DNA from: Candidatus Jordarchaeales archaeon
Lineage (GTDB): Archaea > Asgardarchaeota > Jordiarchaeia > Jordiarchaeales > Freyrarchaeaceae
Assembly (NCBI GenBank): GCA_038858525.1
Contig: JAWCFL010000008.1
Location: 42,773 to 64,619, forward strand
Length of the DNA stretch: 21,847 nucleotides
Reading direction: 5' to 3'
The position numbers were made by a program, and so were the translations under genes. A model generated the notes under the pieces. It saw nothing but the letters and a program-made list of their open reading frames with translations, was not told where the DNA came from and did not search any database. Every line of letters starts with the position of its first letter. The stretch's first letter is position 1. Below, piece after piece: positions 14,887 through 21,847 of the stretch.

Positions 14887-16797
14887 TCATAGTTCATGCA
14901 CTCTTTCTTCCTCGATTTTTTCCAGCAACTTTCGTAGTTCCCCGTTGTCTTTCCTTCCTAGGCGGCATATGAAGGATAGCTCGTGGGCTTTGAGGATGTC
15001 GGACTTAGTTATGATGCCCAGTATTTTCGCCGTGTTGTTTCTGTCTACTACAGGAACTCTGCTTATGCCATGCTCAGTCATTCTATCAAGTACCTGCCTA
15101 AGTGGCTCGTCAGGGTAGGCGACCACCAGCTTTCTACTCATGACGTCTTCTATTTTGCAATCTTTTTTGCCTTCTTTCATTGCCTTGATCACGTCCTTGA
15201 AGGTTACTATTCCGACCAGTTTCCCCTCGCTGCTAACCACGGGGTATCCTGTGTGCCCGGTTTGTTCTATTATCTCCAGCACTTGGAACGTGCGAATGTT
15301 CGGGTTAAGCGTGGTTACATTGGTGCTCATTATTTCCCCAGCTTTAATGTAGTCGAGAAGGTCCTTTCTCAGTTCAAGGGAGACATCTATACCATTCCTA
15401 AAGAGGCCCATTGTGTATATGCTTTCTTTCATCACGAAGCGGCTTACGAAGTAGCTCGTCACGCACCCAGCTATCAGAGGGAGTGCCATCATGTAATTTT
15501 TCATCATTTCAACAGGCATTATTACTCCTGTTAGGGGGGCCCGGCAGGCTGCAGCCAGCATCGCGGCCATTCCGACTACAGCGTAAAGCGTTGACTCAGA
15601 AACAAGCGAGGGAGCTAGCGTGTTTATTATTAGCCCGAAGGCTCCGCCGAACATGGCGCCGATGAACATTGACGGTATGAATACGCCGCCGCTTCCTCCG
15701 CTTCCCAGTGTTAGCCCGCATGTTAATATTTTGAGAGCGCCTAGAATGAGAAGCATTTCGACTGCTATTCTGCCTGAAAGAGCGCTCTTTATGACCCATA
15801 CTCCTTCTCCTCCAACGTGTGGGAGAAAATAAATTATGATTCCTACGAGTGCACCACCTAGCATGGGCTTCACGTAGCCGGAGAGATTTACGTGGTTGAG
15901 GATATCTTCTATCTTGAAGAAGCCCTTAACCCATAGGACGCTTAGCAGCCCTACTATGCTTCCTAGGATGAAGCAGAAGAAAACTTCGTGGTGATAATAG
16001 GTGAGTGGCGGAGGCTTGAAAAGGGGGCTGTCTCCCATCACAGCGATCGACAGAGCCGTGGCTACGGTAGAGGACAAGAGGACGGGTATGACCGCGGGGA
16101 ACTCAAAGCCTTGATGTACTACTTCGAGCCCGAAGAGGGCGCCGCCTATAGGGGCGTTGAACATTGCGCTGAGGCCAGCTGCGGCTCCACATACGACAAG
16201 TAACTTCTTGTGCTCAACGTCAAGTTTGAACAGCCTCGCAACGGTCGAAGCGAAGCCAGCGGATATGTAGATTATCGGTCCTTCAGTCCCAGCGCTCCCC
16301 CCGGAACCTATGGTGAGGGATGTTGCGAGGGTTGTCGTTAAGGGAGCTCTGCTATTTATGTCTCCTGACCCGATAGAAACTGCTTTCATCGTTTCAGCTA
16401 CACCGTCGCGCCCCCCTGACTCAGGTGTAAACTTGTGTGTTATGAGCCACGCAGTGAAGCCACCTATCGCCGGCAACGCTACTATCCAGTGTCGGCCGAA
16501 TGTTTGAGGCAGAAGCATGAAAATTTCGGTTAAATAGTCGATGGCGTGACGTAACGCTATGGCTCCGAGGCCACCTAGCACGCCAATTATAACTGACAGT
16601 AAGAATATTTTTAGGCGGAGGCGGGAGACATTGGATCGAGTTCCGCTTCTTAAGAAGCGGATGCGGGAGTAAAACTCGCGAATATCACTTTTAATTTTAG
16701 AGGTAAGCGTGATGCGTAGCGAGCCCTTGGACATGTCATCGCTCTCCCCGCCACTCTGCTCCGCGTCAGTCTCCAAGAAAAATCGCTCCTTGAACAC
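14887..16797 (-). CDS. CLC-family chloride channel/transporter with two C-terminal CBS domains
   Basis: GSGGSAGTEGP (gating Glu), FNAPIGGALFGLEV, GSGGSGGVFIP, RAPLTG, SIYT and CBS repeats (IMSTNVTT...HTGYPVV; VMSRKLV...ISRVPVV). The start may be the ATG at 16734. Confidence 0.93.
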   Translation of the reverse strand: MFKERFFLETDAEQSGGESDDMSKGSLRITLTSKIKSDIREFYSRIRFLRSGTRSNVSRLRLKIFLLSVIIGVLGGLGAIALRHAIDYLTEIFMLLPQTFGRHWIVALPAIGGFTAWLITHKFTPESGGRDGVAETMKAVSIGSGDINSRAPLTTTLATSLTIGSGGSAGTEGPIIYISAGFASTVARLFKLDVEHKKLLVVCGAAAGLSAMFNAPIGGALFGLEVVHQGFEFPAVIPVLLSSTVATALSIAVMGDSPLFKPPPLTYYHHEVFFCFILGSIVGLLSVLWVKGFFKIEDILNHVNLSGYVKPMLGGALVGIIIYFLPHVGGEGVWVIKSALSGRIAVEMLLILGALKILTCGLTLGSGGSGGVFIPSMFIGAMFGGAFGLIINTLAPSLVSESTLYAVVGMAAMLAAACRAPLTGVIMPVEMMKNYMMALPLIAGCVTSYFVSRFVMKESIYTMGLFRNGIDVSLELRKDLLDYIKAGEIMSTNVTTLNPNIRTFQVLEIIEQTGHTGYPVVSSEGKLVGIVTFKDVIKAMKEGKKDCKIEDVMSRKLVVAYPDEPLRQVLDRMTEHGISRVPVVDRNNTAKILGIITKSDILKAHELSFICRLGRKDNGELRKLLEKIEEERVHEL

Positions 16798-17044
16798 CTT
16801 TTATTTAGAAATGGGAATTCAACTCCCTTAAAAGGTTTCTTATGACTTAAAGGCTCATCTTGTTTAACGGGTTCTTTCTTGTTACTCGTCGAAGGTTATT
16901 TTTCTTGCACTTTCACGAAGAGAAGTGGTGACGGTGCTTCCTGTGTTTTCCCTGCTATAAGCTGGCGAGACTAGTTTTTAGGTTTAGGTATGAAAAAGAT
17001 TAAAAGTTGTAATTTCGAGAGACTGGTTTCTGGAGGGTTGAGCT

Positions 17045-18199
17045 TTGCTGATGTTTACTCCTGGACCTACTGAGGTTCCCTTGAGGGTTCTTAGAGCAAT
17101 GATGAGGGAGCTACAGAACCCCGACTTGGATGAAGACTTCGCTAGGTTTTATGGTGAGCTCTGCGAAAAGCTGAGGAAGATAATGAATACCAAAAGTGAC
17201 GTCATTGTTCATTCAGGGGAGGCGATCATGGGGCTTGAGTCCGCTGTTATGAGCCTCGTCGAGCCGGGGGAGAAGGTTTTAACAATGACTTCAGGGGTCT
17301 ACGGGGATGGATTCATAGACTTCGTAATGGCGTATGGGGGTACGCCCGTCGAGGTGAGGGTTGATTACGACGACATTATTCACCCAGAGGAAGTTGACAG
17401 GGTTCTGGAGCGGGAGAAAGACGTGGGGATTGCGACTCTTGTGCACTGTGAAACACCAAGCGGGACGCTTAACCCGCTGGAGGAGATAGGGAAGATCTGC
17501 AGAGAGCATGACGTGGTGTTAGTTGTTGACGCAGTGAGCAGCGTGGGGGGTGTGCCCGTTGAGGTCGACAGATGGGGGGTTGACGTCTGCATAGTTGGCT
17601 CCCAAAAGTGCCTAAGCGCGCCACCCGGGATCGGAGTAATGTCCATAAGTAAGAGGGCATGGGAAAAGATTGAGGAGCGGAGGGGGAGGGTGAGGGGCTT
17701 CTACCTGAATCTTTTAAATTGGCGGGATTGGTGGTTTGAGAAGAGAGTTTTCCCCTATACTCACTCCGTTTCTTTGCTTTACGCTCTCGACGAGGCATGC
17801 AACATGCTCTTGGAGGAGGGGTTGGGGAACGTTTTCAGAAGGCATGGCTTGGTGGCGGAGGCTACACGTGAGGGGATCAAGGCGATGGGGTTGAAGCTTT
17901 TCCCCAGGAAAGAAGAGTACTGCTCCAATACGGTTACCGCCGTCGAGACGCCGAAGGGGTTGAACGAGGAGGAACTAAGAAGACGCTTGAAAGAACATTA
18001 CGGTATCATGATAGCTGGGAGCTGGGGTAAGCTGGCAGGGAAAGTGTTCAGGCTTGGGCACATGGGTTACAACGCGCAACCCGAAAAGGTCTTGCAAGTG
18101 CTCTTAGCTCTTTCCAGATGCTTGTCAGACATGGGATTTCCCTCAAAGACCTGGGAAGCGCTGAGCGCCGCTGAAGACGCACTACGCACGAACAGATAG
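17045..18199 (+). CDS. PLP-dependent class V aminotransferase (serine-pyruvate/alanine-glyoxylate type)
   Basis: LMFTPGPT, VHCETPSG, VDAVSS, GSQKCLSAPPG (PLP lysine) and FRLGHMG. Confidence 0.92.
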   Translation: MLMFTPGPTEVPLRVLRAMMRELQNPDLDEDFARFYGELCEKLRKIMNTKSDVIVHSGEAIMGLESAVMSLVEPGEKVLTMTSGVYGDGFIDFVMAYGGTPVEVRVDYDDIIHPEEVDRVLEREKDVGIATLVHCETPSGTLNPLEEIGKICREHDVVLVVDAVSSVGGVPVEVDRWGVDVCIVGSQKCLSAPPGIGVMSISKRAWEKIEERRGRVRGFYLNLLNWRDWWFEKRVFPYTHSVSLLYALDEACNMLLEEGLGNVFRRHGLVAEATREGIKAMGLKLFPRKEEYCSNTVTAVETPKGLNEEELRRRLKEHYGIMIAGSWGKLAGKVFRLGHMGYNAQPEKVLQVLLALSRCLSDMGFPSKTWEALSAAEDALRTNR

Positions 18200-18212
18200 C
18201 GTGATGCGTCTT

Positions 18213-19127
18213 TCATCGGGGTGGCTGAAGTCTCAAGTAGGTTACCTTTCGGCTAGGTGAGCGCTCTGCGAGCATGCGTAGAAATAGTAACATGTCCTTT
18301 GCTTCAAGCGTTACGCCTGCAGCTTTGACGTGTCCTCCCCCGCCCAGTGGCTCAGCTATTCTTCTAGCATCCGTGCTGCTATTTTCATTAACTCTTATTG
18401 ATACCTTGAGCCTCCTCGGGCTATTAGGGTCACTGTACGCTACGGCAACGGTGTCGCAACCCCTAGCTAGCAACTTGTGAGCTATGTCCTTCGCAGCATA
18501 GTAAGGAATGGTGCCTTCTTCATCCACGAATACGAATAATCCCTTAGGGTTTTCAATGGACTCCGCTACCTCGCTGAGCCACTCGTCCAGCTTTTCTATA
18601 TCCTTCAGCTTCGCATACTGCTCTCTGAACCACTCGTCCTCTATGAAGGCTGCTCCCTTCTCCGCTAGAAGCTTGGCGAGCCTTACTCTGCCCTCATCGT
18701 CATCGTGAAGGAGCTTTATCACCCTGTCGAGCTTCAATGTTTTTTCAGTGTGTTTGCCTGTGTCTGCAGCAACTGCCATTTCGACTAGTTCGTCGGCGAT
18801 GCCGCCCCTAATGTTGAAGTAGTCGGCGACCAGCTTGGCGGCAGCTGGGGCGGACGGCGACACCATATCTTTCTCCGTGAGACGGCCCTCCTCTGCTAGT
18901 CGGCGGTAGTTGCTTTCATGGTGGTCTATGTTGGCCTTACAGTTCATGGTTTTGGGCAAGTCAATAACGATGTCCAGCGGTTCATTAATAGAGGAGGCTT
19001 CCCAAGGATTATTTATGAAGGTGATCTTCGCGTCAGGGTACTTCAGAAGAATTAGGGCTGCGGATATTATTCCGTCGCAGTCAGACCCGTGAACTGCCAC
19101 CCTCAATAGAATCATCCTCCCTTTCAA
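18213..19127 (-). CDS. DHH/DHHA1 phosphoesterase (NrnA/nanoRNase-like)
   Basis: HGSDCDG, IDLP, IDHH, ADTG and C-terminal SIR...GGGHVKAAG. Confidence 0.88.
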   Translation of the reverse strand: MKGRMILLRVAVHGSDCDGIISAALILLKYPDAKITFINNPWEASSINEPLDIVIDLPKTMNCKANIDHHESNYRRLAEEGRLTEKDMVSPSAPAAAKLVADYFNIRGGIADELVEMAVAADTGKHTEKTLKLDRVIKLLHDDDEGRVRLAKLLAEKGAAFIEDEWFREQYAKLKDIEKLDEWLSEVAESIENPKGLFVFVDEEGTIPYYAAKDIAHKLLARGCDTVAVAYSDPNSPRRLKVSIRVNENSSTDARRIAEPLGGGGHVKAAGVTLEAKDMLLFLRMLAERSPSRKVTYLRLQPPR

Positions 19128-19228
19128 GAAGCAGACTGTCTCAGAGACGGGAAAGCGGAGAGTTTAATTAATATTTTGAACCTTCATGAGTCATGTGGTT
19201 TTCGTGCTTAGCGACTGCTAGTGTGCGT

Positions 19229-20137
19229 TTACTGTAATGTAATAAGGTAAAGGATGATCCTTTGGAGGATCGTGTATTCCTCGGATGGCTGCGTGAAAAA
19301 CGGGTAGAGTGGCTTCAGTCCGAAGTATGCTCCGCACGCCAAGATTGCCACAATAGAGCTTAGGAGGAATAGGAGCGAGAAAGCGTAGAATGGGTTTGAA
19401 CGTACATTCTTCTGGTGTTTTTCAGTGAGTCGTATTCTTCCCGTCGCCAGAAGGTATGCCATTACTAAGAATGATGAAACTGAGAAGATGAGTATTTCGA
19501 AGGCTGCCTGTCCTTCCACGGAGCTGACACCGATTCCTGCTCCAAATAGGAGACCGATGAAACCGTATAAAGCATACTCGGTTCGCTTAAAGGACCACAT
19601 GTAGCCATGGTAGTTCTGGAGAATGGTGACTGAGACTATGAAGCCTACTACTCCAAGGTAGATGAGTTTGTGTCCCAGTACCTCGTCGAAGAAGTAAACT
19701 AGGAAGTATGTGTTTGCTTGTGGCGTAATTGGAAGGAGAATTGAGGGTGGGGTTAGGGAGATATAGGCGTGAAGCTCGTTTCCAGTGTATCTCATCGCCA
19801 GCCCGCTCAGGAAAAGGGAGAGGAACATTATGAAGGTGACCTCGCCAACAGGCTTGAGCTTTGCAGCGGTCTTCGTTTCCGGCGGTTGGCTGACTACTTC
19901 ACGGAAGACAAGAAATAACAGTATTGAGCCTATACTTCCCATAAGAAAGAAGCTCATGGTTCGACCCCACGAGAGGATTGCATTGTAGCAGATGTAGTCT
20001 TCAGAAGACGGGACGGGCACGAGTATGTATATGCCGGCTAGAACTTCGCCTATAACCGTGAATGCAAACCAACTGGCGACGAGGGCTAAAAGGTATAGTA
20101 GAAGACGGTTTCTTCTTACGAAGCCAACATCAGACAT
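19229..20137 (-). CDS. Multi-pass membrane protein (about 7-8 hydrophobic segments), CLN6-like by motif
   Basis: Hydrophobic segments throughout, with embedded polar motifs GNELH, YFFDEVLGH, VEGQ, SNPF and YP..QP in the same order as recalled CLN6 motifs. Confidence 0.55.
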   Translation of the reverse strand: MSDVGFVRRNRLLLYLLALVASWFAFTVIGEVLAGIYILVPVPSSEDYICYNAILSWGRTMSFFLMGSIGSILLFLVFREVVSQPPETKTAAKLKPVGEVTFIMFLSLFLSGLAMRYTGNELHAYISLTPPSILLPITPQANTYFLVYFFDEVLGHKLIYLGVVGFIVSVTILQNYHGYMWSFKRTEYALYGFIGLLFGAGIGVSSVEGQAAFEILIFSVSSFLVMAYLLATGRIRLTEKHQKNVRSNPFYAFSLLFLLSSIVAILACGAYFGLKPLYPFFTQPSEEYTILQRIILYLITLQ

Positions 20138-20263
20138 GAAAATCCCCTCATGTTGCGTCTTAAACCAATAAATGAAGAAAGTGTTTTAAAAAGATTTATG
20201 GGTCCCGGTTGCTTGAGCCGCTGAAGAAGCTTACGCATCGAAAGCCCGTAAACTATATTAGAC

Positions 20264-21367
20264 TTGCAACGGGAGATGGAGCATGAAGTATTTCCTGTTG
20301 CCGCGTTTTTGGAGCGAGTATGGAGGGATTTATTGAAAGACCCGAAGGAACTACTTGTTTATCTTCTTCTTCGCTCGATGAAGGAGACTACTCTGGATGA
20401 ACTTGCGGAGGTTGCAGGGATCCCGCGCAGGAGTGCTATTAGGATTCTCAGGTCGTTTGTTCGGAGGGGAGTTGCGAGGGAGGTTGAAGGGAAGGTGATT
20501 TTTAATCCTCGGTGCTCCGGGGGGCTAAAGGTTCCTTTCGGCGGGGAGGTTATGGAGTTAAGCATATCCGTGGATAGAGACTTGATGAATGTTGGGGAGG
20601 TCAGAGTTTACCGAGGGAAAGATGTGGTCGCATCTATGCCCTGCATAGTAAGCGGAGAGGACTTCGTCGTCGATTTGAGCGGTTTCCTCGAGTTTTACGG
20701 TGAAGCTGCGGGGTTGAATAGCTCGTCTTTCTCGGTTAAGAAGGCTTACAATGTTTTCAGGAGGCTGATGGATGGGAAGGGAGAGGTTAAAAACGCGGGG
20801 CAATGGGAGATAGATGCCGCCCTTGGAGCTATACTTCTCTGCGGAGCCATAGCGGAAGAGCTTGGACTAGACTACATAGTTACGACCATAGACTCGTCGA
20901 GCATACCCCGCAGGGTCGAGAGGAACGAGCTTGAACGCATCGAGGAGGAAAGTGGTGTCGAAATAGTGGCTGGTTACTCCTTCCCGCTTGGGAAAGGAGA
21001 CGGGTTACTACTTATTGACAGAGCTTGCAGAACATACTTTTCGAAAAGGGGAGAGAGGACCTTAGTGGAGTTAGAAGTCGTTGAGGAGGAAGACATTGTT
21101 GAAGTAGACTTTTCATCTCTAGTGAATAGGTATGTTAAGTTTGCTGAGGGTAAGAAGGCGAGCTTCTCTGCTGAGAAAGTGGTGGACTGCTTCTTCATGA
21201 TGCTGGAGAATGGGGGCAGGGTTGAAGACTACTTGAAGCGGGTGGATTACGATGACGAGAGAGAGCTTTTAGAGGCAATGTATAGGATAAGCATGGTCAT
21301 AATGAGACTTAAGGGGAAGGATGTCACTGCAAAGGTGACTTACCCATCCTTCTCCGGTGAGAACTAG
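20264..21367 (+). CDS. Hypothetical protein with N-terminal winged-HTH (TrmB-like) and unrecognised C-terminal domain
   Basis: ELLVYLLLRSMKETTLDELAEVAGIPRRSAIRILRSFVRRGVAREVEG is a wHTH pattern. The remaining roughly 280 aa are not recognised. Confidence 0.6.
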   Translation: MQREMEHEVFPVAAFLERVWRDLLKDPKELLVYLLLRSMKETTLDELAEVAGIPRRSAIRILRSFVRRGVAREVEGKVIFNPRCSGGLKVPFGGEVMELSISVDRDLMNVGEVRVYRGKDVVASMPCIVSGEDFVVDLSGFLEFYGEAAGLNSSSFSVKKAYNVFRRLMDGKGEVKNAGQWEIDAALGAILLCGAIAEELGLDYIVTTIDSSSIPRRVERNELERIEEESGVEIVAGYSFPLGKGDGLLLIDRACRTYFSKRGERTLVELEVVEEEDIVEVDFSSLVNRYVKFAEGKKASFSAEKVVDCFFMMLENGGRVEDYLKRVDYDDERELLEAMYRISMVIMRLKGKDVTAKVTYPSFSGEN

Positions 21368-21847
21368 CCTGAAAGAACTCTCTCAACGGACATGAGACGC
21401 ATTTTCCACCTTTCGATCGAAGCCAGGAACTCGTTTTTGAGGGCATTATAAGCCTCAGGAGAGGACTCCTTGAACAGCCTGTAGTAAGACCTCATTTCGT
21501 AAAGTGCGGGGTGAACGTAGCCAATGTTTTCAACCAATCGCTTGACGGCTTCGTTAAGCTTTTCCGCCGCCTCACTGGCGGATTGGGATGCCTCAATGCT
21601 CACCTTTAACTCGTTTATGGTTGCCTCTACGAAGGAAGGCTTCATGGAGGTTTGAGATGAGACAACAGTTTCTCTAACGCTTTTAAGCATCTCCAGAAGT
21701 TTTTCCGAGTAGTTCTTCATGGAGTCTAAGGCGCTTGTAAGAGAAGAAGTCAGCTCACTGAGCCTAGATATGTCCCGTGAATAGCTTCCCAGCTGCTCAA
21801 GAGTCCGCCTAAAAACACTTAAAGTTCCTTCAAGGCGTTGCGCAGCG
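21364..21847 (-). CDS. Helical/coiled-coil hypothetical protein, 5'-truncated by the window end
   Basis: The frame of the 21364..21720 ORF stays open to the window edge (AAQRLEGTLSVFRRTLEQLGSYSRDISRLSELTSSLTSALDS-MKNY...), so the true start lies outside the window. Heptad-like pattern. Confidence 0.65.
   Translation of the reverse strand, partial: AAQRLEGTLSVFRRTLEQLGSYSRDISRLSELTSSLTSALDSMKNYSEKLLEMLKSVRETVVSSQTSMKPSFVEATINELKVSIEASQSASEAAEKLNEAVKRLVENIGYVHPALYEMRSYYRLFKESSPEAYNALKNEFLASIERWKMRLMSVERVLSG

Noticed and set aside
263-20803. Numerous short ORFs in the track overlapping the called genes (for example 457..861, 3932..4300, 4955..5368, 9476..9973, 14983..15534)
   Set aside because: They lie antisense or out of frame within well-supported genes, are Ser/Pro/Leu-rich shadow translations, and show no recognisable motifs.
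21364-21367. Convergent genes sharing overlapping TAG stops in CTAG
   Set aside because: A common consequence of compact genomes, with no functional evidence.

Overview
Gene-dense archaeal window, most likely an Asgard archaeon. This is inferred from the concentration of eukaryotic-signature domains (three uDENN/longin-like proteins, one AP-sigma-type longin, one roadblock/LC7 protein), archaeal BRE/TATA-like promoters and WtpABC. Left part (1-4860): the 3' end of one KaiC/RAD55-family ATPase, a second two-domain KaiC-like ATPase whose C-terminal domain looks catalytically dead, two paralogous uDENN-like proteins flanking a Pat-type GNAT acetyltransferase, a longin protein with a SHOCT-like tail, and a convergent roadblock gene. 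Three promoters in this block share an ATCGCA element at a similar distance upstream of BRE/TATA. Middle: crotonase, HEAT-repeat protein, wHTH/4Fe-4S protein, divergent galK and galT, and, directly after galT, a folliculin/SMCR8-like longin protein that keeps the DxxARG arginine-finger loop and carries a duplicated C-terminal domain. Right part: wtpABC tungstate/molybdate transporter with a ModE-box-like palindrome at the wtpA start, a CLC-CBS protein, a class V aminotransferase, a DHH phosphoesterase, a multi-pass membrane protein sharing several colinear motifs with eukaryotic CLN6, a wHTH protein of unknown function and a truncated helical protein. No rRNA, tRNA, CRISPR array or mobile element was recognised. 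All family assignments come from motif recognition by eye, not from database searches.
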